From Candidatus Wirthbacteria bacterium (GTDB lineage: Bacteria; Patescibacteriota; CG2-30-54-11): a stretch of 64,000 nucleotides of DNA. Shown piece after piece: positions 9,062 to 18,084 of the stretch (position 1 is the first letter of the stretch; every line of letters begins with the position of its first letter). Below the pieces are notes generated by a model that made no database searches, was not told the origin of the DNA, and was given only the letters and a program-made list of their open reading frames with translations. The stretch is taken from NCBI GenBank assembly GCA_903889905.1, contig CAISZI010000050.1, positions 45,294 through 109,293 on the forward strand, in the 5' to 3' direction. The translations under genes were made by a program, and so were the position numbers.

Positions 9062-9508
9062 ATGGCTGCACCAATCAAACTCCATCTCGAACACAACTGG
9101 CCAGTGTATGTTGGCTGGTCCCAACAACTCAATTGTCGCGGCGTTTTTGCCCTGCGTGACATTCAGCCTGGTGAATTGGTTGAACCGTGCCCACTAATCC
9201 TGGTTCCCTTCAAAAACGAAACTGACTTTGCCAACAGTACGCCAACCAATAGCCTGGTGGACAATTATTATTATGACTGGACAGCCGAGGAATGGTGCCT
9301 GCCACTAGGCTATGCCATGCTTTACAACCATTCCTACCAGCCCAACATGAAGTATGAACGCGACTTTGAGCAATCTCTGCTCAAATACGTGGCCATCAAA
9401 ACTATTCACCAAGGCGACGAGCTTACTGTTAACTACAATGGCGACCCCAACGACCAGAAACCGATCGAATCCTGGTTCCACGAATATGGTGGACGGAAAA
9501 TTATCTAG
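9062..9508 (+). CDS. SET-domain protein (putative lysine N-methyltransferase)
   Basis: 'GRGVFALRDIQPGELV' (N-SET GxG), 'MLYNHSYQPN' (NHSCxPN-type block) and 'GDELTVNY' (ELxxxY post-block) are the SET signatures. It follows the two ATP-grasp genes in the same orientation. Confidence 0.7.
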   Translation: MAAPIKLHLEHNWPVYVGWSQQLNCRGVFALRDIQPGELVEPCPLILVPFKNETDFANSTPTNSLVDNYYYDWTAEEWCLPLGYAMLYNHSYQPNMKYERDFEQSLLKYVAIKTIHQGDELTVNYNGDPNDQKPIESWFHEYGGRKII

Positions 9509-9528
9509 ACAACCAAAAATCGTTCTCT

Positions 9529-11469
9529 TTATTGAATCGTCACCATGATCTGGCCACTAACCTGGGTGTTAAGATCCGTAGCTACCACATACACCGTCCC
9601 TTTTTTATTGCCCGCAGTAAAGAGGCCCGCAGGGGATATCGAACCACCAGTCATCGGAGACACTGTCCACAACATCTGCGTTTCGCTTACAATACGATTG
9701 CCGATGTCATAGGCCGTCGCATAAAGCTGTAATTTACCATTGACTTTGATCGTTGCTTGCTTGGGTTGGATCACGATACGCGCAACCGTAAGCGGGATCG
9801 TTCCATAATCGTCACTCGACAATCCCAATTGCCCACCGCGGTTTACCGGATAGACAATATAGTTATAACCCAAACCTGGTTTGGCCGCGGTGTCGACATA
9901 AACATTTTTACCAGCCTGGAAATTTGACATGACAATACTGATACCGCTTCCATCCAACAACATGCGTTCAACATGATAACCGGATGGCATGATCGGGGCA
10001 CTAAGCGGTGCATCCCAAGTCAGAGTAATCCCTTTTTTGCTGGGCGTGGTGACAAAATTAGTAACCGGCATCAGCGAGTAATCATAACTATAAGGTTTCT
10101 CAGGCTGCAGCTGCGGCCCCGTTGTATTGCGCAAATAGGGTCCTACTCCACCTGAAGGAGTAATGCAGCTGACATAGTAAATATAATCTTTGTTCTTCAT
10201 GGCTGAACTGTCGGTATAGTTCAAATTGCGTGTAAAGTTGGTCATCAGGCGCATATTGCTGTAATTGATGTCCGACCGCTCAACATAATAACCAACGCAA
10301 GTCTGAACCTGAATGACACTTGAGCCATAATTCATCCAAGTAGGATAGGGCATATTCCAGGTCAACGTGTAGCTGGTTGCTGCGTTCTTGCGCACCGCTA
10401 AATTCTGGATCCATGGCAGCTTGGGATCGATCGTGGGCGGAAATGAAGGCATCGTGAGGGGTACTGTCACTGGTGGCGGAATAGGCGGCAGGACCGGGGT
10501 CGTAACTGGTGGCGGAGCGACTACTGGAATCATCCCTGAAGCCGATGTCGCCGCCGAACTCACCTCTCCCAGCGCGTCAACGCTGCGTACCCAATAGGTA
10601 TAAGCAACTCCGGGAACCGCCAATGAATCGATTATGCCCATGGATTGCGTCCAACTGCTGATCGTTCTGACATCATTGGGATTATTGTTGTTGCGGCGAA
10701 TGACATGAAAAGCCACTACTTGATGATTAGGGTCAACCGGTGGCAGCCAACGGACAATGATTGAGTAAGTCGTTGCTTCGGCACGAGTTTCGCCAGGCAT
10801 CGGGAGCAAAGGATTGACAATTGGAATGGTAGCCGGAAAAACGGCCACACTGATTGGCGGCAGCTTGGGAAAAGTCACCGGATTCGTCAGCGGCAACTCA
10901 ACTTGCATACCATAGGCTGTGCTGCAGACTTTGCCTTGGGCATCAAAACTGCGGATAGTGTAGGTATAAGGCACACCACGAATCAACGTATTGTCAAAAT
11001 AGCCAAACTGTCGGGTATAAGGAGTCATCACCGTCTGCTGATCCTGGGATCTACTCATGGCACGCGATACATAAAACCCGACCACCTGATGCGTTGGATC
11101 TGGTTCCAGGCTCCAGGCAAGCGCTATACCATCATTGGCCAGCCAATTTACTGGGGAAGCAAGCCCTGGCAAATCCTGACGCACCTGGAAGGGAGGAACC
11201 GGATACTTAATTGGACCACTGGCAGGTGGCAGCAGTTCAAAACTGATGGGCTGTCCTGTAGGCCCCGGAATGGGTGTGGTAATCGGAACCCCTGTTGAAG
11301 CGTGGCTAAACCCACGCTCCTGAATATACCGCTGCACGACAATGGTTCCTACCACCAGGCAAGAGAGTGCCAGCATCGCAATTCCCAACGCTAGGTGTGG
11401 TTTGCTTTCAGGCACAGTCGCAGACGATTTGACCAACTCGTGCTGCTGCTTTTTGTTTTTTTCCAACAT
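9529..11469 (-). CDS. Large cell-surface protein with N-terminal membrane anchor, fibronectin-III-like repeats and C-terminal bacterial Ig-like (Big_2) domain
   Basis: N-terminal TM 'LALGIAMLALSCLVVGTIVV'; Pro-rich linkers; repeated ~90-aa units ('HQVVGFYVSRA.../HQVVAFHVIRR...'); C-terminal 'ATIKVNGKLQLYATAYD...SISPAGLFTAGNKKGTVYVVAT' Big_2-like. Confidence 0.55.
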   Translation of the reverse strand: MLEKNKKQQHELVKSSATVPESKPHLALGIAMLALSCLVVGTIVVQRYIQERGFSHASTGVPITTPIPGPTGQPISFELLPPASGPIKYPVPPFQVRQDLPGLASPVNWLANDGIALAWSLEPDPTHQVVGFYVSRAMSRSQDQQTVMTPYTRQFGYFDNTLIRGVPYTYTIRSFDAQGKVCSTAYGMQVELPLTNPVTFPKLPPISVAVFPATIPIVNPLLPMPGETRAEATTYSIIVRWLPPVDPNHQVVAFHVIRRNNNNPNDVRTISSWTQSMGIIDSLAVPGVAYTYWVRSVDALGEVSSAATSASGMIPVVAPPPVTTPVLPPIPPPVTVPLTMPSFPPTIDPKLPWIQNLAVRKNAATSYTLTWNMPYPTWMNYGSSVIQVQTCVGYYVERSDINYSNMRLMTNFTRNLNYTDSSAMKNKDYIYYVSCITPSGGVGPYLRNTTGPQLQPEKPYSYDYSLMPVTNFVTTPSKKGITLTWDAPLSAPIMPSGYHVERMLLDGSGISIVMSNFQAGKNVYVDTAAKPGLGYNYIVYPVNRGGQLGLSSDDYGTIPLTVARIVIQPKQATIKVNGKLQLYATAYDIGNRIVSETQMLWTVSPMTGGSISPAGLFTAGNKKGTVYVVATDLNTQVSGQIMVTIQ

Positions 11470-11580
11470 TTATTTTCCCTTTTTTTATAAACCATCGTAC
11501 TAGTATATCATAAAAAAACACCCCAGTTAAAAATATCTGTTATAATAACTTGATTACCTGTTAAAAAAGAAACCTTCAGC

Positions 11581-12411
11581 GTGCGTAAAATTTTTCAACA
11601 TTTGCTTTGGCCCCTGATCGTCTGTTGCTGTTTTGTGCCAAAATTTCTACACTGGCCGCACGACGTGATGCAGGGCAGCCTGATCCTGCTGGTTTGCGTT
11701 TACATGGCATTGCGCAACTGGGTCTTCCCCAAATGGCTGCATGGCAACGAACTGCGCGTGCTCCGGCTGGATGTAATTTTTGCTTCTGCCCTAGTAATTT
11801 TGTTTACCAATAGCCTGGGCGGCGTGCTGAGCGAGTTCTTTTTCCTATATTATTTCCTCTCGATTGGCTCCGCGCTGCTGCTCGGCGCTGGCCCTTCGGT
11901 GGGATTGATTCTGACGGTCATTGCCTGTTATCTGCCTGATTTCCCACGCACCAGTGCCAACCAGCTACTGTTTGGATCATCCGATGTGGTGCCCTTTTGC
12001 CTGAGGCTGCTATTTTTGCTGGGCGTGGTACCAATCAGCGCTTATTTCGCCAAATCCTACCTGCTGTCACAAAAACTGCAAAAAAAGATTTTCATCCTGA
12101 CCAGCCAGAAGAAAAAATACGAAGATGCCCTGGAATCAATTCAGGACGACGTCATTGCCTGGGGTGCCTTCCGCATCCGCAGCGCCCTCAGTACCACCAA
12201 AAACTACCTGGACGCCGTCATGCCCAAAGTCGATGATCCAACCCGGGAACCAGTACCCAGTGACCTTCAAGCCCAGTATATCCAGGTCGCCTTTGCCAAA
12301 AACGAAGAAGCCCTGCACGCGGTCAAGGAACTCGAGCTGCGTTTTTCGTCTGATCCCATTCGGGACATGATGGCTGTGGAAAAACTGCCCAAAGATAACG
12401 AAAACGCGTAA
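11581..12411 (+). CDS. Hypothetical polytopic membrane protein (GTG start)
   Basis: Multiple hydrophobic helices, no recognised family. Confidence 0.45.
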   Translation: MRKIFQHLLWPLIVCCCFVPKFLHWPHDVMQGSLILLVCVYMALRNWVFPKWLHGNELRVLRLDVIFASALVILFTNSLGGVLSEFFFLYYFLSIGSALLLGAGPSVGLILTVIACYLPDFPRTSANQLLFGSSDVVPFCLRLLFLLGVVPISAYFAKSYLLSQKLQKKIFILTSQKKKYEDALESIQDDVIAWGAFRIRSALSTTKNYLDAVMPKVDDPTREPVPSDLQAQYIQVAFAKNEEALHAVKELELRFSSDPIRDMMAVEKLPKDNENA

Positions 12412-12417
12412 AAATGT

Positions 12418-13272
12418 TTATTCAGAATTTAATGTTTTCCCTTTGAAATTTTTGATCCTCCATTGTCCCTCGCCCATGACACGGATGTCGCGGCGTTCAA
12501 ACAGTAGGTATCCGGCCAGTGAGCAGACAAACCCAACAACGACATACCCCAGGAACCATTTCCAATTCATGCCGTGAATGGCATCAGCACCCTGATAATA
12601 GTGGTTTGGAAGCAAATAGCCAACGTCGCGCAGCTTGGTCCCAATTTTACTCAGCCCGTTTAACAAAAATCCACCCACAACAAGCAAAGCCGTCACCATC
12701 GCCGCCAGTTTGCGCGAGGGTAACAACATGCTCATCAGCACGGCGACGCCAAAATACAAAAAAATGATTCCCAGGAGCGGCAAAAACGCGACCGCGAGCT
12801 GCGCCGGGTCCAGGCTAAAGGACGCCCACAGTTTGGCCAGGATCATCCCCAGCCACGCGATAGCCATAATCAAAGTGGTTGCCAGCACCGTCCCGCCAAA
12901 GCGTCCCCAAAAAAAACTGGAACGGCTCACCGGATGCGCCAGAATTAAATCCAGATTACCGTTTTCCTCGTCTGCCGCCACCAGTCCGCTTCCCACGAGC
13001 AAGGCAAAAATGCCCAGAATGATTGGCATCATGGAGAAAAATTCCGTATTCAAAAAACCCACCGGCGTGGAATACTGGCTAAAATCGCCAATGAACGCCA
13101 TCATGTCTTTGGGGTAAAGTTTGAGCAGGTCATCAATCTTCGTGCCTTGCCCGGCAATCGTGTTGAAAAACGAGACCATCATCATACCAAACAAACCCAA
13201 CGCAATCCCCCAGCCGATGATCTGACCGCGCAGTCTCTGCAGCGTTTGCTTAACGATGGTGATCATGGTCAC
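12418..13272 (-). CDS. ABC-2 type transporter permease
   Basis: Six predicted TM helices; overlaps the ATPase gene by 23 nt (13250-13272), suggesting translational coupling. Confidence 0.7.
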   Translation of the reverse strand: MTMITIVKQTLQRLRGQIIGWGIALGLFGMMMVSFFNTIAGQGTKIDDLLKLYPKDMMAFIGDFSQYSTPVGFLNTEFFSMMPIILGIFALLVGSGLVAADEENGNLDLILAHPVSRSSFFWGRFGGTVLATTLIMAIAWLGMILAKLWASFSLDPAQLAVAFLPLLGIIFLYFGVAVLMSMLLPSRKLAAMVTALLVVGGFLLNGLSKIGTKLRDVGYLLPNHYYQGADAIHGMNWKWFLGYVVVGFVCSLAGYLLFERRDIRVMGEGQWRIKNFKGKTLNSE

Positions 13273-14158
13273 CTCCGCCGTAATACGACAAAAATACCTC
13301 TTCCAGACTGGGATGCACCGACTCCAGATCCACCACTGCGTATTTGCCCAGCAGCTGCATCAAGGCCTGCAAACTGCCTTCCACCTGAAAGCTGGCCAAA
13401 TGGTCACGGACATGCAAATGTCGCACGCCAAGGGCTTTGAGTTCGGCCACCGGCACTGTGTCCCTGAAGCGGACTTCCACGATGCGCAGTGAACGGTGTA
13501 ATAAATCTTCGGTTTTGGCCACTTCGACGATCCGACCATCACGGATAATTGCCAATCGCGCAGCAATTTCCTGCACTTCGCTGAGCACGTGCGACGAAAA
13601 GAAAACCGTGGCACCGGCCTTGGCTGCTTCCTTGACCAGTTTCAAAACTTCCTGTTGAATCAAGGGATCCAGGCCGCTGGTGGGTTCGTCCAAAAGTAGC
13701 ACGGAAGGTTTGCTCATCAAAGCCTGCACCACACCCACTTTTTGTTTGTTGCCTTTGGACATGCTTTTGACCGGCAAGCTTAGGTCCAAATCAAGCCGCT
13801 GGCAAAGTTCCTGTACAAAATTCCAATCCAGATGGTTACCGCGCAGTTGTGCAAAATACTCAAATACACCTTTGGCCTTGAGGTTGTCCTCTAGATGCAA
13901 TTCTCCCGGCAGATAGCCGGTCAGGCTGCGTACTTTAACCGGATCAAGTTGCGGATCCAGGCCCATGATGGTGATCTTGCCACCATTGGGGTGAATCAAA
14001 TCCAGCAGGCAGCGAATCGTGGTCGTCTTGCCGGCGCCATTGGGGCCCAGGAAGCCAAAGATCTCACCCTGATCAATCTCAAGGTCAATGCCATGCAGCA
14101 CTTCGGTGCCGCCATAAGACTTACGCAGACCGGAAAATTGGATGGCGGTTTGGGACAT
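13250..14158 (-). CDS. ABC transporter ATP-binding protein
   Basis: Walker A 'GPNGAGKTT', signature 'LSKGNKQK', Walker B 'LLLDEPTSGLD'. Confidence 0.85.
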   Translation of the reverse strand: MSQTAIQFSGLRKSYGGTEVLHGIDLEIDQGEIFGFLGPNGAGKTTTIRCLLDLIHPNGGKITIMGLDPQLDPVKVRSLTGYLPGELHLEDNLKAKGVFEYFAQLRGNHLDWNFVQELCQRLDLDLSLPVKSMSKGNKQKVGVVQALMSKPSVLLLDEPTSGLDPLIQQEVLKLVKEAAKAGATVFFSSHVLSEVQEIAARLAIIRDGRIVEVAKTEDLLHRSLRIVEVRFRDTVPVAELKALGVRHLHVRDHLASFQVEGSLQALMQLLGKYAVVDLESVHPSLEEVFLSYYGGGDHDHHR

Positions 14159-14191
14159 GATACCTCTAAATCTTTATTAGTCGATTTTCCT

Positions 14192-14379
14192 GTCATTGCG
14201 AGGTCGTCTGCGACCGCGGCAATCTAGCTGTTTTTGTCATTCCGAGGGAACTGAGGCCTTAGTCCACTTTAGGGGGAATCCTTACTACTAGAGAACTCCA
14301 ACGTTTGGTGGAACGACGTGGTGAAGATTCTTCGCTTCCTCTTTCGCAAGGCTTCGGAAGACAAGCCGCTCAGAATGAC
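14192..14379. repeat. Composite REP-family repeat region (GTCATTGCGAGG, GTCATTCCGAGGG direct copies and inverted CTCAGAATGAC)
   Basis: Seen directly at 14192-14203, 14236-14248 and 14369-14379. The internal 'CGACCGCGGCAATCT' matches the interior of the 5809 and 52417 elements. Confidence 0.55.
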
Positions 14380-14382
14380 AAA

Positions 14383-14733
14383 TTATTTGCACTTCACTCG
14401 TACAAAATAAAACTCGTTTTCCTCATCTCCCAATGCCTCAATCTTATGCGTGGAATTAGCCGGAATGGTGATAATGTCTCCTACTTTGTAATCTACCGTT
14501 TCATTTTCCCAATAAAACTTACCGATGCCACGCAGCACAACAAACCATTCATCCGTATCCGCGTGTTTGTGCCAGTCAAAAGCATTGCCAGGCTTGAGGT
14601 AGCCCTTGGTCATCGCCTCGAAGTATGGCGTGGTCAGCTGCTCTGGTTTAACCAGCACCTGACGCCCGCCCGACCCACCATGCGCTTCTTCAAACGGAAT
14701 TTGGGTAATGTTGCTAATGGTAAATTTCATCAA
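14383..14733 (-). CDS. Cupin-domain protein
   Basis: 'WHKHADTDEWFVVLRGIGKF...GDIITIPANSTHK' is the two-motif cupin pattern (H-x-H...E / P-x-x-x-H). Confidence 0.6.
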   Translation of the reverse strand: MMKFTISNITQIPFEEAHGGSGGRQVLVKPEQLTTPYFEAMTKGYLKPGNAFDWHKHADTDEWFVVLRGIGKFYWENETVDYKVGDIITIPANSTHKIEALGDEENEFYFVRVKCK

Positions 14734-14782
14734 TGACCTCCCTCTTACTTTAAAAACTTTACAAATTTTATAACTTAATCCC

Positions 14783-16003
14783 CTACTTCCCCATCACCCG
14801 CTTCACAATTTGCCCAAAGGGTAATTTCGCCTTATATTCCAGCGCACCGATTTCAAACAGCTTGTACGCCAAATAAAAACTGGCGGCAGTGTAAACAGCC
14901 AAGGCAATGATTGACAAACCCATTTCCCACCACGGCAGCGCGTCAAGCGCATTGCGGAACAACAACACCATGGCCGCGGTGTAAGGGAAAAAACTGACTG
15001 CCCGGGCAATAGCCCCGGTCGGATCGGCGAGCAGAATGGTAATAAAGTAAATCGGGAAAATCGTGGCAATGATGAAGATTGAGGAGAAACTCTGCGCGTC
15101 GCGATAGGACGGCATGATTGAACCCAATCCCACCATGGTGTTGGCCATGATGAGAAAGCCGCACGCCATGCACCAGACGCCAAAGATCAGCTGCACCGGA
15201 TCAATTTTGACGGCTGCAAAATTGATAGGAATGGGCAATTTAAGGCTCAGTGCCGAGAACCCAACCACGGCAAAAATAATCAGCGTCACAACTTGCGTCA
15301 GCACCACTCCAATCTGGCCAATGATTTTGCCAAAGATCAGTTCACGCGGCTTCACCACCGACAGGATTGTCTCAATCATGCGGTTTTCTTTTTCTTCGGC
15401 CACACTGAGAAGCAGGTAACTGGAGGCAAACATGATCATGAAGAAGTAAATGATCACCAGCGCGCCAGGGACCAGGAAACGTTCTAAACTATTATCGACC
15501 AAAGCGCCATTTTTGTAAGTTTGTAAATTTATATTGAAATTAGCACTGTAGGCGGCGATTTTTTGCGCATCACCAATGCTGCTCAGAATACTGGTTTTGA
15601 GCAAATCGGTTGCCAGAGTGGAATAGCCAGTATCATTGAGCAAACCTTTGCTTTTGGCATAGACGTCGATTTTGTGCGTCGCCAGGACATCGCTGGGGTA
15701 AACAAAGAGCGCGTCGGCACTACCATCAATCACCTGCTGGCGCGCCCGCTCCAGATAACCGGTCAGCTGCAGCGGCCCGGCGATATAACTGGGATTGATT
15801 TGACCGGATGGATCTGAAATCAGGATCAATTTGGACGCCGAGGCCTGCTTTTGGATCTGCTTAACGCTTTGCTCAGCGCTCAGGTTGGAAATGATGCTCA
15901 CCGCAATGATGAATGTCGGCAGTGCCAGCGTGGCCAGCCAGAAAACTTTTTTGCGCACAATTTTGAGATATTCTCGTTTGGCAATCAACAGGATCTTGGG
16001 CAT
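14783..16003 (-). CDS. ABC-2 family transporter permease
   Basis: N-terminal TM, large extracytoplasmic loop, then 5 TM; adjacent to ATPase. Confidence 0.7.
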   Translation of the reverse strand: MPKILLIAKREYLKIVRKKVFWLATLALPTFIIAVSIISNLSAEQSVKQIQKQASASKLILISDPSGQINPSYIAGPLQLTGYLERARQQVIDGSADALFVYPSDVLATHKIDVYAKSKGLLNDTGYSTLATDLLKTSILSSIGDAQKIAAYSANFNINLQTYKNGALVDNSLERFLVPGALVIIYFFMIMFASSYLLLSVAEEKENRMIETILSVVKPRELIFGKIIGQIGVVLTQVVTLIIFAVVGFSALSLKLPIPINFAAVKIDPVQLIFGVWCMACGFLIMANTMVGLGSIMPSYRDAQSFSSIFIIATIFPIYFITILLADPTGAIARAVSFFPYTAAMVLLFRNALDALPWWEMGLSIIALAVYTAASFYLAYKLFEIGALEYKAKLPFGQIVKRVMGK

Positions 16004-16006
16004 GGG

Positions 16007-16903
16007 TTATTCCTTGGATACCTGGATGAAAATCTCGTCCAGGGACGGGTTTGACACTTCGAATTTGAGGATTTTGACTTTGGCTTTGACCAGATGTTCC
16101 AGTAGTCGTTGTGGGCTGATGCCTTCAGCTGGCGTGAGTTCGGCGGTATTGGTCTGCACCACACCATCAAACACCGTCCGGTCCACGACCAACTGGCCAT
16201 CAAATTCCACATGCACATTGTTGTGACCAAAACTGTTTTTGACATCCTCGAGTTTACCATAGAGGGCGCGTTTGCCATCTTTGATCATGAGCAGACGATG
16301 CGCAATCTTTTCGGCTTCATTCATTTGATGAGTACTAAAGACAATTGTCGTCCCTTTGTTGCGGTTCAAATCAAACAGGATGTCCATCAGCAGTTCACGG
16401 TTGAGGGGATCGAGCCCTTTGGTCGGCTCGTCCAGGATCAAAAGCTGAGGTTCATTGAGAATGGTGATGCCCAGTTGAATTTTCTGCTGCTGGCCCGAGG
16501 AGAGCTTGTTGATCGTGAAATCTTCCTTGCCCTCGAGGTCCACTTTTTTCAAAAATGCCAGGGACCGCGCTCTCGCCTCAACAAAGCTCAGTCCTTTGAG
16601 CTGGCCAAAATAAATCATGGTTTCCAGCACCGGACTGGTCACATACAGTCCGCGCTCCTCGGGCAGATAACCCAAAATCGCCGCCTGGTCGGGTCCAAAG
16701 CGCTTACCATTGATCAACAACTCACCACTATCCGGCCGATAGATCCCCAGCAATGCCCGGATTGTCGTCGTCTTACCAGACCCATTGGGCCCGAGGAAAG
16801 CAAAAATCTCGCCCTCCTGGATTTCAAACGAAAGGTCTTTAATCACATGCTGCGTGCCAAAGAATTTATTGAAATTATGGACCTGGATAATTGGTTCACT
16901 CAT
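16007..16903 (-). CDS. ABC transporter ATP-binding protein
   Basis: 'GPNGSGKTT', 'LSSGQQQK', 'LLILDEPTKGLD'. Confidence 0.85.
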   Translation of the reverse strand: MSEPIIQVHNFNKFFGTQHVIKDLSFEIQEGEIFAFLGPNGSGKTTTIRALLGIYRPDSGELLINGKRFGPDQAAILGYLPEERGLYVTSPVLETMIYFGQLKGLSFVEARARSLAFLKKVDLEGKEDFTINKLSSGQQQKIQLGITILNEPQLLILDEPTKGLDPLNRELLMDILFDLNRNKGTTIVFSTHQMNEAEKIAHRLLMIKDGKRALYGKLEDVKNSFGHNNVHVEFDGQLVVDRTVFDGVVQTNTAELTPAEGISPQRLLEHLVKAKVKILKFEVSNPSLDEIFIQVSKE

Positions 16904-17041
16904 GGTACTCCCTTTGCGCTATGCACAAGCCTAAACCACATAATATTCCCACCATCACTACAGGAGGTCAATACCGGACAAACTAAAGCTATGATATAAT
17001 TAAAAGATTTCTTCCAGATTTGATTAATTGCAGGAGACAAC

Positions 17042-17809
17042 ATGACACGTGGTCAATCTGTTTTTGAATTGGCGGCAGAAAATGTGGCAGATGAGATGAG
17101 AGGGCATATGATTGCTGGATCGGCAACAAATATTGATCATTCAATATTAGACGGTCAACCACAAACCACCTTAGCAGCTTTGGAACAATCCGTTGAAGCC
17201 ATGGTTAGAGGGATAATCACAGGTGAATTCGATCCTGCCGCGAGACAAGAGGAAATTAAAACATGGATGAGTGGCCTTCAACAACAATACGATGCCTGCA
17301 CTGAAGCCAGACGCTTTGAATTTGGGGGTGACTTGGACGACTTATGCGTAGAAATGGACCAGACGCGAAAGTATCTGATCGATAAAGACAATTTTTCCCA
17401 ATCAGAACTGACTAACCGTTTATTATCCCTTAAGTCTGCACTGAAGGGAGCCAACAATAAAGCCAAAGCCAATTTGGACTACATTGCTGCACATCCTAAT
17501 GACCAATTTGGAAATCATGACAAATCCCGGCTCCGCTTAGAAGGCAAATATAATCTTGGGGACATTCAAACTTTTATTGACCGATTAGGTCAAATGTTCG
17601 ACCTTCCTTCGCTGAATCTCTGTCTGTGGTCGTTATCAAACGGGTTGGCGGCATATTGCCGTGCTGAAATGCCCATTGAAACAAGTATTACCACTGCCAG
17701 TCGATTAGAAAATATGATTCAAACTGCTCGTATGAGCGGTAACGTCGAGACCATCCACTCTGCGCTAAACTATATGAAACTTTTCCTCTCTGGCCCGTCC
17801 AATCAATAG
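17042..17809 (+). CDS. Hypothetical soluble protein (no recognised domain)
   Basis: 255-aa ORF preceded by an extended -10 (TGATATAAT) and GGAG RBS; locally lower GC. Confidence 0.45.
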   Translation: MTRGQSVFELAAENVADEMRGHMIAGSATNIDHSILDGQPQTTLAALEQSVEAMVRGIITGEFDPAARQEEIKTWMSGLQQQYDACTEARRFEFGGDLDDLCVEMDQTRKYLIDKDNFSQSELTNRLLSLKSALKGANNKAKANLDYIAAHPNDQFGNHDKSRLRLEGKYNLGDIQTFIDRLGQMFDLPSLNLCLWSLSNGLAAYCRAEMPIETSITTASRLENMIQTARMSGNVETIHSALNYMKLFLSGPSNQ

Positions 17810-18016
17810 TGTACATATTTAGTTCTGTTTTCCATTTCGCCCTGACACACCTCAACCAACAAATTCTCAATAACCTTGTCCGGACCATGCGATCATGGGC
17901 GCGTTCATACTAGAGCCCTTTTGCAATAAACACCAAACCATAGGCGCCCAGATAATCCCACTGGCACAAGCCAAGGTCAAGGGCATCAGTCATGCAGCAA
18001 CTGCAGAGCAATAAGG

Positions 18017-18045
18017 TTGACTAGAAATGAGTTTGGCGATATAAT
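18017..18045 (+). promoter_or_regulatory. Consensus sigma-70-type promoter (TTGACT-17nt-TATAAT) with AAGGAG RBS driving 18085..18894
   Basis: Seen directly: TTGACT at 18017-18022, exact 17-nt spacer, TATAAT at 18040-18045; AAGGAG 7 nt before ATG 18085. Confidence 0.6.
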
Positions 18046-18084
18046 CTAATGATCTGTCAATTACAATAAACAAAAGGAGAAAAA

